Source: Phoronis australis
Lineage: Eukaryota > Animalia > Phoronida
Assembly (NCBI GenBank): GCA_002633005.1
Contig: NMRA01000306.1
Coordinates: 442,512 to 506,511 of the forward strand
DNA: 64,000 nt
Direction: 5' to 3'
The notes below the pieces were generated by a model that saw nothing but the letters and a program-made list of their open reading frames with translations, was not told where the DNA came from and ran no database searches. This document shows, piece after piece, positions 1-13,100 of this stretch; the stretch's first letter is position 1; the number at the start of each line of letters is the position of its first letter. Made by a program: the position numbers and the translations under genes.

Positions 1-811
1 GAACACATGCATATGTAGAAAACTTCACGATCAGCTTAATCAAAGTCTCAATAAACTGGAAAATCAAGAAATTCAATTTCATAACATTTTACAAATTATG
101 TTCATGTTATTTATTTTATTCATATCTAAATAATGAAAATCAATAATCAAACATGTCGAACATATAGTATGTAGGTGACTGAGCATGTGGTTTGCGGAAA
201 CGTGACCTCGTCAGTGACTCCAGACATTCTCTAATTACTATCACAAAAAACACAAGTCGACACTGAAAAATTCAAAGTGCAGTCAAATATTCTTGAGGAG
301 TTTGTGATGCGAAACGGTTCTCCGGAAATCTTGGCTTAGTAATCGAACATAACTTAGAGTCCTGTTTGAAACAAGTGTTTATACGTACATGTACGATTCT
401 TCTTTGAAACGATAAGAAATTAATTTGAACGACGCTTGGCATGTCAGTGGGTCGCCATAATCTATGGCTCATAGTTGTATCAAGGAAAGCAGCTGCAAGC
501 AACAGTTAAATGCTTCTCATTATTCGATTTTGATTATGTTGTTTCTATGGTAAGATCTAAAATGTAATGCAAAAAACACACGCTGTGGATATAATTGCAG
601 CATCATGTTTTCGAAGGAATTCCGCTAAGCTGGCCTTGAGCTTATGGGGTCGTCGCTAAAGAAATTAGTGTGGGCTTGACCTGATTGCGTATGTCGAAAC
701 TATCCACTCGTGCGTCATTCATTTACAAAGTTAAAACCTACTCTCGTAGAACCGCCACTGAAGTCATACATGTAGATATCGTCCCTTAAAAATTGCATAG
801 TCATTCAACAT

Positions 812-1045
812 TTAATGTATTTGAATTGTGAGCACCTGCATATATAATGCGTTCAGCTGTTCTTCTTTAACGACTGTTTTGCCGTTGTTGTCGACGAGGT
901 GGTCTTTCTTCCCTTCCGTTGCAAGGGAATAAAGTATGGCATGATCTATCAAAGACTCGTTTATTCCCGCTACATCTCGTAAAGTGTTCCTCAGAACGTT
1001 CTCGTCCACGTCTTTATCTATGGTACAAAGAACCTTAAACTTCTC
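812..1045 (-). CDS. Terminal coding exon of a ~100-aa orphan protein (EKFKVLCTIDKDVDENVLRNTLRD...QIH*)
   Basis: Minus-strand acceptor 'ttttttatcttcaccag|GAG' at 1046-1048. The frame is open from 1045 to the TAA at 812 and joins in phase 0 with the exon at 2293-2361. Confidence 0.7.
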   Translation of the reverse strand, partial: EKFKVLCTIDKDVDENVLRNTLRDVAGINESLIDHAILYSLATEGKKDHLVDNNGKTVVKEEQLNALYMQVLTIQIH

Positions 1046-1859
1046 CTGGTGAAGATAAAAAATATGACAACTTACGCCACTTGGAAGTCACACGAATGGA
1101 AAATCACTAGGTAGGGATCTACAGACAGGAGTTAAAGTTATACCAAATACGCTACTGATTACTTGAAATTTCAGAGGTAATAACACTCTACAGTTGACAT
1201 TCAGTCTACTAAAGGAACTGTCGTTATATGCAGTGGAATTAGTTTCGCGTCTTTTCATTTAAAGTACTCTGCTAAGTCTACTCAAAACGTACGTACACCT
1301 TCATTATTTGCTTTTAATTTCTGGGAAACGGCGAAAATGTGTTCAGTAGGATATTCAATACACGACATAGAAATTTAGAAACAACATCATGGTAGAACCC
1401 GTCATTTAAATCCGAGCTCTTCACCGATTGTTGAAATGTACGAATTTAGTTACAAGACAGTGCACAGAAGATACAAACAATTAGAGACTTTCAAATAGTA
1501 ACGTGGTGACTGGTCACGAGGGACCGGATACTAGTGGCCTCTAGAGGAAGAGCAAGCACTACTGTATATAACTTTTGTCAAGTCACATACATTTTAAAAG
1601 GGTCTTTTCACAAAGTCAAACTGTTGCCCTAACCGCTGCGATCGAAGACAAAGTATGTCCTTGGTAGAGTTCAGTAACGCTAGAACCTCGATATAAACAA
1701 GACTTCACGAGAGTATGTGAGATATCGCCATGTATTTTAAAAGATAATATTTGATTTTGGCTAGATTTTAGCGAGGTCCTAGCTCAGCTCCTAGCGTTAT
1801 TGAACTCTACCCCGGTACAGCTAGGAGGCGATATGAGTCAGCGGTCCCACGTCTTGGCT

Positions 1860-2290
1860 AGTCAAGGTGTGTCATTGTGTATACATAAAATGGTATATCT
1901 GACAAATAAATATGAAAGGCCAAAACATCATCACCAAGTTTTCAAAAATTGTCAAAGGACACATGCACGTAAAAATTATGTTCAGACATTCAATTTCTTT
2001 GAAATTAGGTATGAAACAGAAAGACCCTGACCAGTTTGAGTTATTCAAAATGCCAATGTGTGCAACTATTTTCGATAATCTCTCCCAGTCTTTACACAAG
2101 TAGTTTTAAAGTACATTATCACCTAATTTTTATAATTCTGATTATCTGTAACGCTGTATTTTTTTCTTATTCTCTGGTGGCTCCGTAGACAGCGGACCCG
2201 TCGGGTCCTTCACGGAGTCTCCATAAGCGTAAATCAGTATCAACTGTATTTTACTTAAAGTGAATAAAGTGTACTAATACTACTAAATGT
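1860..2290 (+). mobile_element. Probable 5'-truncated LINE 3' end (decayed)
   Basis: Decayed coding-like stretch, then a stem-loop (ctccgt..ggacccgtcgggtcc..acggag, ~2181-2218), AATAAA and a short (tac/taa) tail. This layout is typical of CR1/L2-type 3' ends. Confidence 0.3.
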
Positions 2291-2292
2291 AC

Positions 2293-2361
2293 CTTTAGAA
2301 GATATTCAAGTGAAGCGATGACTCGTTGGTTAATACTTTCACCAGGTGTTTCTGAAGTCAT
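2293..2361 (-). CDS. First coding exon of the same orphan gene (MTSETPGESINQRVIASLEYLLK)
   Basis: Exon 2293-2375 has acceptor 'ttgttttgttcgacag|' and donor 'AAG|gtac'. ATG at 2361 is preceded by an in-frame TAA. Its 23 codons splice in frame to 1045. A possible upstream UTR donor gtaagta lies at 4023-4029. Confidence 0.65.
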
Positions 2362-2559
2362 TGCCCTTTAGTCACCTGTCGAACAAAACAATTTTGACTC
2401 TTAAAAGTTAGAAATTGTTCGTAACTCATTTTACGAGTAAATAACGAATCATTGGGATGGCCGAAATGTTAGCTCTCAGGAAACACCAATTTCTATCGTA
2501 TATGTGTTTGCACCACTCTTTTTGTAGTGTACAATCTAAGCGCCCCGTACATGTATGGC

Positions 2560-2820
2560 CAATCCAGAGCAGGTTCTAGACTCTCCAGCCAGTCTAGAAC
2601 AGTTTGTACACAATCTTATCAGTACATAACAGGTTCTAGACTCTTCAGCCGGCCCGGAACAGATTCTAGATTCTAGCTTTTCCAGTCTGCCCAGAACAGC
2701 TTCTTGACTGTCCAATCAGTCTCCCGCCCCCTCTCCCTCTCTCTCCCTCTCTCTCTCTAACCTCCCTCTCTCTCTCTCTCTAACCTCCCTCCCTCCCTTC
2801 CTCCCTCTGCCTCCCACCCA
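2560..2820. repeat. Degenerate ~30-bp tandem repeat followed by CT-rich microsatellite
   Basis: Repeated 'aggttctagactct.cagcc.g.c..gaacag' units, then a (CT)n/(CCCT)n tract at ~2722-2815. Confidence 0.8.
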
Positions 2821-5800
2821 AAAGGCAACTGAGAAATGCGTCATTACATGTACCCAGGTTTGATGTCGAGGCTGGGGTAGCCTACAGTCTGAAAGTTTCG
2901 CTAAGCAGAATTAAAAGATCGAATAAAGCATGCATTGACTCTGGACCTTCATCCTACACAGCTCATTTGCACCAGTTGTATTCGCCTTTTAGTTCCTATA
3001 CATGTACAGAGTCAGTATTGACAGCCTACGCGGCTACAACTTTTACTATACATGCATTGTGTCTAAGAAGTGAGTTTGTGCTTTAGAAAGACTGCGGTTC
3101 GTTACAACTTCAGACCTGGTTCAATATGTAAGTTTGACCCGTTGCTGATGGTTGTTCATTTGTTTTGCACACAAAACGACAATTGGAAATTAAAACTTTA
3201 AGCACTAAACATGGAGAATTTAAGTGAATTCACAAGCGGTTTCTGAGTTTTGAATAACCATCCGCGATTGTGATCGCATGTTGGGATTACTACAGTCGTT
3301 TTAGATACTAAGTATTTTTTCACAAAAATCAAATTTTCAAATTTCCTCGTGAATTGAGAAAAATACACCGTGATTTTAAAAGTAGGCCTACACAGCAGTT
3401 AGTATAGATATATGTACACGTACATGTACATCGGGGAGACCATCAGACGCGACAACCTCGCGAAAATGCAAGATCACGCAATACTTCGCGAGATATTGCC
3501 ATGTATTACAAGCAAAGCGGGTGGTAACACTACATTGATCCTCAATATTTTTATTAAATATTCCTTACAAGAAACGCAATGAACAATAATAAGAGTTGAG
3601 CCCAGAAACAGCTAGAAAGGCATATCTGGGCGCAATAGTCAGTAGCGTCTAAGCTAAGCCGAGGACACACGCATAAAGTGCTCTACAGTAGTACGATGGC
3701 GTGCAGTTTTTGGTTTTGCAGATGACACCATAGATGAAAAATCTTTCACCCGTTATGTCTTGTTAACACAGTGGGTTAAAACCAGAAGCATGATGGGTAC
3801 AAAAGTGACGTAAGCAGTCATGAGCCTCCTGTTCATTATGTCATTTGGACATGAAAACTCGTACATGTAAGTGAATCTTCATATCCACCTTGCTACGGCT
3901 ATTGAAGTACGCAAAACGCCTCGTTCTACACATGGAGGTCTTACAGGCCCCGAGTTTTTAGTCTCCAAGAGAACATCTAAAACACGCAAACAATTACAAT
4001 TTAAAGCAAACCTTAGAATATGTACTTACTTGCACGAAGAATAGTGCAATTTGTTAAAACGCGATTATACATGTAGTCAATCGATGACCCAGGGAGTTTC
4101 AGGATATCTAACAAAAATCGATTATTGATTGAAATATACCAGTGCAGAATATTGACAGTCCGTTCTTATTTACGACACTTGATTATCGATGGTCACTGGC
4201 TAATTAAGGTGGTCGTGAATTATTAATGGAAACTTGGGTTGAACGTCTGTTTATACTGACTGTTCAAATTACGCAAAACGCAAATCAAACTTCACAAGGA
4301 TCTGCTGAGATAAGACATGTGGGGTAATTTTGTAGATGAATAGTTGTGAAGCCATAAGACAACTTTGTCCCTGACTGGCTTCCACACATGTAATGTCAGA
4401 ATGATGAAACCACTCAAGTGTTCGCGAAATATCGCCGTGTGTTACCTCGCTAGTCCTTGCGTGTCTGCTGGGGGGATGGGGACATGTAGGTATCATTCAG
4501 CAACACACATTTTGTCACTGGTTGATGTAATTTCGGCAGTCTTTGGTTAGATTTATAACAAAGACAGTAAATGTCGAACTTTGAACAATCTTTAGCCTTG
4601 TAAACATCTCCGCGAACCAAATTTTCTCTCTGCAAAGTCAATCACGTCAGAAAAAACGATTTAACTGTCATTCCAGGAGAGCACCAAAAAGTCGACTATA
4701 GGGTCACCGACTCAGATCTTGAAAAAAACTGTCTGTTCATTCTCTTGAGCTATGTTCAAGATGTTTATATTTGAATTTTTTCGTGTCATCATTTTTTAAG
4801 TTTGAGCATCATGAATATTTTGCCTCAAAATACCCCATTTTTGGTACAAGAAGCTGGAGTTCGTGAATTTGCTTTAAAACAGCTCAAAAGAATGGGAAAG
4901 AAAAAATCTTTAGAATGCTTATGTAGACATTGTACCTACATGTATCTATCAGAAGACAGTCTTCGCATTTTGAAGGAGTTTTAGTTAGCCTTCAATGGAG
5001 TGCCAAAGTTCGGTAAATTTTGCCCAATTTTGTGTTTTTGATTTTAGCCATTTTTAAGGTGTTATGGGGACCCGTTTGCGGGGTGCTGGTGATTTCCAAT
5101 AATATTTTCCACCAGTTTGCTGTCTGACTAAGAAAATAAAACAATAAGAATGAGCTATTTTGTTTTTCTTCAAGCAGCAACCAAAGGACATACATGTACC
5201 ATCGCGTATTTTACAGTGCCTGACTACGTGCAGTATGCAATTGTATCTCATAAACCTCATCAAGGGTCTTCTGTAATTATTGCAAATGTGTTTCTTTGGT
5301 GATCAAATCAGTTGATGTCAATTTTTATGTAATTCTTTACCCTGATAGCAGTTTCAATAAATAGATTTTTTGGTGAACTTTCAAGAAATTTGACCAAAAC
5401 GTTTCCACCGTAGAAATGATTGCACATGCAGGCTTGAAACGAAGTTTCGATATTAATCATGAATACATTCTGTTACATTTTGTTTTCTGTGTACTATTGT
5501 ACCTGAGGATGACTTTGGTTAATAACGAAACATCGTTTACATGCTGCACTTTAGCGTCACTTTTGTTTCCCACTTCTTACTTCTAATTTGGCCATAAACT
5601 ATTATCATTTACATGCATGTTTTCGAATTATTCTAAACTGCACTGTCCAACCACTGACAATTTTAACACTTTGAAAACCGTTCATATGTCTACCTGTGCG
5701 CCCCCTGACTCATGTTGTGCCCTGGGCAACCAAGGATTTCTACTGATACAATAGTTGTTTAATTAGTATTTTTGAGTACAAAAACTGAATCACCGTAACC

Positions 5801-7486
5801 TCTAACACAGATATTTTTCGTGAAGTAAAAACCGCTTACAATACACTGTTATCAGCGAAACTTTAGGTGGTTTGTTGTGTCACTTCTTCAAAGCTTTAAC
5901 TGTATTTTAATTATGATCATCGTAGGAAATAAATGTCTTGAGCCGCTTTAGTTTTATTGTTTTACCGTGACTATTAAACATAACATCGGTCGGAGATGGA
6001 CAACTTTATTGACAAATCTTACAGCAGTGCGCTTACTTCCAATATATATAAGTATTACCCTATTCCCACAAAGAGATCATTAGTGCCTGAATACTAGCAG
6101 CTCGCTGTTCGACCACAACCTAAGCAACAGTGCCGTTTACATTACAAAAGTTGACACGGATCAGCTGACACGGAACGAATTGTTCCAGTGTGTAAACGGC
6201 ACTGACACGGAACAAATTGACACCGCGGTGACAACTTTTGCCTCCCGTTTGGTAGGTAGAGCAATTTGCGCTCGAACATCTTGCTTCGAGTCAATCGCAT
6301 GTCTAAACGCTTAACTAGGGCAAGGCGGAAAGGGTCATCTCTACTGCGCATTCCTAATGGCCTACGTACAGGTTCTTTGTCTCTGCAACTCTCGTCATTT
6401 GTAAACCTGCGCAAGTGCGATCCAGTCTCTCCAACCTGCAATTTCCGTCTTGCCACAGTTATTGAGTTGTGTGTGTAAACGGACGCTTGATACCGATCAA
6501 TTTGCCTAAACGGAACTAATGACGTCACGCAAGAATTAATACCAATAAAATACACAAATATGCAAAGGGAAAGGCAATGGTCTGATATAACCTGCCCGAA
6601 TTTTGAGAACCAGTTTTCTCCACTAAATAACGGGCATCGAACTGGTTCTCAAAATATAAGGGCACGTTATACCAGGCTGTTGTCAAGATATTAAACAAGT
6701 AGTATTGAAATCACTTCCAGACTTATACATGTACCTCCAAAAGCACAACAGAGTACTGAAAACTCCCTGAGACTGTCACGTACGGATGAATAGAACTACT
6801 TATGGCGTTCCGTAGACGTAAGAATATCAGGAGTAAACAGAGGTGTGACCACGTGCTTCGCTCGCAATTCAAGGCAACATCTCGCAAAATCTTAAGTGAT
6901 CTTACGTTTTCGCGATGTTCTTGCGTCTACTGAACGGCTGGCCGGTTTTAAAAAATGTATGGAACGATAAATGACACAAGAATAGAGCCAGAAATTGATA
7001 AAATATAGCAATTTAACAGTGTAGGTTAAAAATAAAATATCATACTGACGCCGAAAGTGAATTTAAAGTGTGACAGTCTGCACAGGGGCTAACAAAAGAG
7101 CACCACTGTGAAGTGAGCGTTTGCGATTATTTAGTGGGCTTTTGTCCAATTTTCTCGGACGTTTTGTCTCTCAGGGCGGACCTTTTTCCCCAATTCGCCA
7201 AATGCAGGGTGGCTCGTTCGAGCTCCCCGAGCCGCGAGGTCGTGGTTGTGAAACGAGTTCGAGGGAATCAAAATTACAACACTGGAGATATTCATATTAA
7301 AGAGTACTTGTTGTGACAAACGAGTTAGTTAACTCATAGCAGTCTGCCAATGAGTGTAATTTTCTCACGAGGCAATAGATTTCGACGTCACAACAAAGCT
7401 TCCATGAGTTCGTACCTGTAGCCTGGTAATCAGGGCCGTGCGCTCAGTCATGCGTGAACTGTAGCCTCGGCATAACGGAAATGCAT

Positions 7487-8980
7487 TTAATTAAATTCCT
7501 CCTTCCCATTTTCTGCATTACCCTGTTTTTGATTATCTTCTGAATTCATCAAACATTCTGTCTCCAGGGCGTCAACGTCTACATTTATCTGGGGCTTGAA
7601 TAGTTTCTGTCTGGCATCTTTTGATGAAAATATAATAAGAAGAAGTCCTATCGTCTCTCCAATGTTTCCAGCAACAAGTCCGGAAAAAATCTGCGTGCAG
7701 CCACCGATACTGAATGCTTTTATCAAAACGAACATTGTTGCCAAAGCAAATCCTACCTTAGGAAACATAACCAGGGGAATTCTCGTCACCAGGCCTTCAA
7801 CGAGGCCGCATCCACGAAGAAAACTTTCTATGCCACAGAAAATGGAATTTAAGGCAAACAGTTTTAAAGGAATATCGGCTCGCCATGACGCTTCTACTGA
7901 AAATCCCATCTGATGCACGAAAACAAAATCCCGGACAGGTGGCAATCCGAGGCATACGCAGATCCAGAACGCCACAAGTGTCAACCCTATTGTCAGTTTC
8001 CAAAAGTCTGCTAAACTGTAGTTCAGTCTTTCGTCGGCTGCGTTCTTTGAAGTTTTTTCCAGTTTACTGAAACTGATGATGGTGTCCTCTATAGCGTACA
8101 GCCAAGCTGTCAATGCCTTCCCAATGACGTAAAGCAACGAGGACACGGCCAAAACTTCTTCATTTTCATCTACACTCAGACCACTGGTTTGTACCATAAC
8201 CACTTTACACACGGGAAAAACAAGTTTTTGGAGTAAATTACTTGGCATTATGGAAAAAAATGTTTTAAGTATTGTCTTGTAGGTCACCTCGCTCTCAGTG
8301 TCATGTTTTGCCTCGTCCAGGTTTTTGTAACCAAAGCGAACAAAGACTGATACTAAGAAAATGAGTGAAACGATGCTTCCCATGTATAAACTGAGTAGTG
8401 GTACTGACAAAGGTTGTATTTGACGCAAAGGAGTGTTGATTAGTACCAAAGCTGAACCAGTTTGCGTCAAACATTGAATCAGTATCGTTATTGCACTCAT
8501 GCCCGCTTTTTTCCGGTTAAGAAGAACTCCGTTCAAAGTTCTTATTATAGCTCCATTGATGAAGACCAGTGATAATACGAGTAAGGTCAGTTGACATTTC
8601 TCTAAAGCTGTTTCGTCGACTTTGAAAAGTATTTTCAGTAATTCACTACCAGGATGGCTGAGGCTGAGGAAAAGATACACACAGAAACCGAACATTGTAA
8701 TCATTGAATGTGAGACTACTCCCTTGAGGAATGACTGCTTGTCTCTATAGAGAAGATTCCCAAGTTTCACGAAACATTGCGTCAGGCATATCATCAGTCG
8801 GTGTACCGTAAATGCCACACCAAATCCCGCCACACTTTTCATCACATCTACTGATGAGCTAAGGCAAAAATAGAACACCTGCTGGGTTAGAAATGGCAAG
8901 CAAAGCCTCAGCGACACTTTCACCGTAAACCATACTATGTAAATCCACTTCTTAGGCGTTTTAGACAACGCACAATCCAT
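7487..8980 (-). CDS. ANKH-like: ANKH (progressive ankylosis)-like multi-pass membrane transporter, 497 aa, single coding exon
   Basis: Many hydrophobic helices. Motifs match recalled human ANKH: QPLSVPLLSLYMGSIV ~ EPLLIPILSLYMGALV, LKILFKVDE ~ INKLHHVDE, VAGFGVAF ~ LASYGLAY, GLVAGNIGET ~ SLLAGFVGES; acidic C-tail. An acceptor 'atattttcag|gctgacATG' sits just upstream (8987-8989). Confidence 0.85.
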   Translation of the reverse strand: MDCALSKTPKKWIYIVWFTVKVSLRLCLPFLTQQVFYFCLSSSVDVMKSVAGFGVAFTVHRLMICLTQCFVKLGNLLYRDKQSFLKGVVSHSMITMFGFCVYLFLSLSHPGSELLKILFKVDETALEKCQLTLLVLSLVFINGAIIRTLNGVLLNRKKAGMSAITILIQCLTQTGSALVLINTPLRQIQPLSVPLLSLYMGSIVSLIFLVSVFVRFGYKNLDEAKHDTESEVTYKTILKTFFSIMPSNLLQKLVFPVCKVVMVQTSGLSVDENEEVLAVSSLLYVIGKALTAWLYAIEDTIISFSKLEKTSKNAADERLNYSLADFWKLTIGLTLVAFWICVCLGLPPVRDFVFVHQMGFSVEASWRADIPLKLFALNSIFCGIESFLRGCGLVEGLVTRIPLVMFPKVGFALATMFVLIKAFSIGGCTQIFSGLVAGNIGETIGLLLIIFSSKDARQKLFKPQINVDVDALETECLMNSEDNQKQGNAENGKEEFN

Positions 8981-10113
8981 GTCAGCCTGAAAATATCAAA
9001 ACGTTCAATTTAGCAACAGCGGGCCTGAAGATTTGCTTTAATGGGAGGGTGAAACAAATGTGAGCTTGATCTCCCTCCCGGTATAAGGTACTTCTACCTC
9101 CACCCAGTATCGTCCCAGGGAAGACACCAGTTTTACTCCACTGGGTCCCTAGTCGACACCAGTTATACCTCCCCCTCCTACTGCCAGTTTAAATCCAAAA
9201 ATTGCTTAGTAATGATACTCAAACAGTACATTTATAAGAAAGAACATTGTGCGAAATGGCAAGCCCACAAATAAGCAGTAGATTTAAAGATCTTATTTGA
9301 GTCCCTATTTGGAACTGTTCCTACAACGGGGCACTGGACCTCTTAAGGAACATGTAACACAGCATAAAATCTAGAGACAGACAAGACCACAGGGCGCACT
9401 TTGAGTCAACTGTAGGTTAAAGCGGCTACAAAATAGACATTTAGTCCAAGAAGTCAACATTTTTTCTCGACCACTGTGCGCCATATAATTCAAGAAAACT
9501 GTTTGTCCCGTATGATAACAAGCAGGCAAATTATCTCCCAGGCTTCAAAGGGTTACTGAAACCTGGCAGAATGGATTGTCTAACTTCTGTTGTAGTTGGG
9601 CGATCTTGGTGACTCAAAAACTAAACATGATCAGCATTAGACAAGGAATTCAAAAGTGCTATTGGATTATGTTCAAATATGTTATAACTTTACTTTCATT
9701 TTTAGCAGCACAGCCCAATCAGGCTGATATGATGTGATCGGAGCTTAGAGCAATTATCAACCAAAAGAGAGCTGGCCCTCCAACCATAAATGCCAGGATG
9801 GAGTAACTCCAATCAGTCGTGTAAGATATTGGCTCCAGGGGTAAACTGTAGAATCGAACAAGTTTCGAGCAACGTGAAAACGCCGTAAATGACGTCAGTG
9901 GTTCATTTGCAGAGTGAATACCGCTATGTTGTGGTGCATCGTTTCCGCTTGTCCGAACTATGCCGCTACGAGGAAAGCGGGTATATCGTTTTTTCGACTT
10001 CCTCGAGAGTCCGAAATACTTAGGAAGTGGCTCGCGGTAGTCAAAGAATGAAAGGTACGCTGTTAATAGCAAGTATGAGGCCGTGAAACATCTCCGTGTC
10101 TGTGGCCGGCAAT

Positions 10114-13100
10114 GGGGCTATTCGGAAAATCTACAATAACTAGAGGGCGTGCGTGTTCTAGTGGTGATAGATTAACAGCCTCGATTTCGCGAGCCCTTTA
10201 AATACATGGTGAAATGGCTTGCAGCCGTGCCAGCTGAATCTGAGATTGCGTAAAAAGGGTGCTTCTATGAGAGGAAGTAAGCACGACCTCATACAAAGGT
10301 AAGGTTTGTGATTATTTTTACGATTATTCCATGATTATTCTACCGATGCCTGTTAACTGAGGCACTCGCCGATGTCGACTTCGCGGCAGTCAGTCGCCAG
10401 CCAGAGTCTGGTTAATCTTTATATATTGTGATATGTGATACGATACTTGACGTAGCAATCGGGATCTTTTCGTACATCAAAGCATTATTATTGTTTGGAA
10501 TGATTTCTAAAAGTTTATCAGTGATAGTTACATCAATCAATGCTGAATGTTTATGCTGTCAACTCGATACAGGTTAATGAGTTAAGATTACAATCCAATC
10601 CCAATGGTAAAGGGTACGTGAGTGATAAATATCCATTGCATTAGACTATTTGTTTACTCCCTATCATATGTCTTCTGGCAATCTGTTACACGTTGAAATG
10701 GAAATCTATCACGTCAGTTTTCACGTAAACTTTGGTTTTTAGGTTTGAAGGCTTGTAGCGTGCAGAGGAGATATGCTGTTTTGCTACTTGTATCAATTGT
10801 AAAACCAGATATATATTACATTTTCCGAATTCACAGTGACTGAATAGTCTTAACTCATGCCTTGAAATGTTGCAAGTCGTTATAAATTCAAATGACTGCC
10901 ATTTTTGTGAAAATTGCATTTTTGATGGTGCCTTACGATTTGTAATTACCCTTCAACAACAGAAAGATTATCCATCATTTTTAAATGACCCAAGTCTTCA
11001 TATCTTCTTTTAGAAGAAAAATGGTTCCCTCAACCTTAGGCTAGACGTATGCTTGACAGACCCATGAACCTGTAATCTGAGTTTAAAATTGCTGAAAGTA
11101 TCAAAATTAAAAAGGCTTAAAAATTGGTAACAAAGGTTTGAAGTTGTCTCAAAAAACTTGTATATTTTACAAACAAGTGATGCGTTTAAAGAATTGTTAT
11201 GGCTAGGGATAAAAAATAAAGACACATTTTTATGAAATACTCATTATATACACCCTTAGTTTCTGAAAATAGTAAATATTTACTTTTATGTGAAACTGTA
11301 GACCAATCACCATATATTTTTGAAAAACAGGGATAACGTTTTTGATCCAATCTGGAGTACTTAATTATTCATATTTCAATATTTGTTCCAGGAGCAGTGA
11401 CGTTTTAAGACCACTTCAAGCTGTATCATAGACAAGCTTTGTTACTCCGTTCTCTTCCCACAGCACTTCCACACACCAGCAGTGCTGCTTGGCACAATGT
11501 GCAAGTCAGTGGCCCTGGAGAAATGTGAATCGCAGTACTAAGTTACCATAAGACAATGTGCCAGTGGAGTGTCTGTGTATCCAGACGAACTATATCTGAC
11601 TGCTACACAAATAAGCCTTGTTGGTGAGGATGCCCTTTCATAGGCAATGAGTCATGTGTGGACAATAGCTTATTTCCTTTCCTGGAAGAAACATGAGGGA
11701 CTGAAGCTAAAGAAGACCTAGTCACACTCTGGTCTAGTTCAGAGTCTGATTTTGGGCTCAAAACGATTCAAGTGATATGCTGCTGTGTTTACCTTCAAGG
11801 GTCTAATTGTGGATGTTATTGAGGCTGAATGAGGTTACATGAAAGAAAGCCACGTGTTGAAACTGGACCTTTTTTACAAGCGCTTCTATAGGCCATTGAA
11901 ACTAGAACCCAGTGAAATGAAAGCCAAAAGCTGAGTGACATTAAATTTTCCTTTCAGAAGAAAGGCTTTATACTATTGGTAAAAACTTTTCAATTTGGTA
12001 CAGATTATGGGGAAATGACATTCAGTGACTGCATCGATTGTCTTATTGTATGTTTTCAATTGTAGCTAGCTGGATAAGAATCTGCTATGCACAAGATTCG
12101 AGAATAAACAATTATCAGTGTATTTAAAAACAAATGGCAAACTGAAAAAGCACAGAAAGAAACAACATTGCGAGGGAGTCCATAATCAGGCATATCAGGT
12201 GCTGAATTTCTGAATTACGTTCAATTCTCTCAGGTTATTGCTGAAGGATTGCTTTTCACTTTGTCCAACGGTGAAATAGATGGTCAGGCGGTTGGTTTCA
12301 GTTGTTTTTTCTTGCCTGTAACAGAATAGAAATATTAGCAAATTGTAAAAGAAAAGACAAGACAAAACTACTTTTGTAAGGCAGAACATACTTGACATTT
12401 CATCTTCATGTTTATGTGTAGAAACTAATAACCTTTGTACCCAAGTCTTATTTAATATCTGAATTAAAATATGTGAAACAGGCTAAAAGTGATTTAACAA
12501 TGTGTATTTTTCATGACACTTAAAATGTGCTTCTGATCTCAACAAGTAAAATTCATTCTAGGTGTCAATTTTTTTCCAATGCAATGTTACGACATTTACT
12601 GAATTAAGGCTTATTCATGTTAATTCGATAACTGAGCTGGTGGTCCTGGGGGTGGGGTCCACGATAAAATAAGGAAACTCACTCACCTAGAGAATTTTAT
12701 TGGAAACAGCATAGTTTTGAAGAGAAACTGCTGTGAAAAAGTCACTCTTGACTTCTGTGCATCACGTACCATACACCTCTTATTTTGGGAGCACTGTCTC
12801 ACCCAGGCCAATATGAATATGTGCTGCTAGCCTACCCGGCATCGGGTGAGCTTCCAAAAAGAAACACTTAGTTCCACTCAATAAAACTGTTATTCAGTGG
12901 GGTAACTGGTGGGGATAACATCACCGAACGATGTTGATAGAAACTGATTGCTAAAAACTTACCAAGTAATGTTGTGTAGTCTCCGAATGGAACCGCATAG
13001 TCATAGACATAGAGCACACACGGGGCTTCAGCATCCACACACTTTTTGTCAGTTAGTTGACCCTGTTGACCGTAATTGTCCACGAATATAGTAACCTTAG

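Noticed and set aside
4668-5095. Another Academ-like element (cattccaggagagcacca resembles the 55323 TIR)
   Set aside because: No convincing partner TIR or TSD was found.
6130-6555. Overlapping 137-aa and 70-aa ORFs
   Set aside because: No recognisable motif or splice context. The region holds MITE-like inverted repeats (gtgccgtttaca / tgtaaacggcac).
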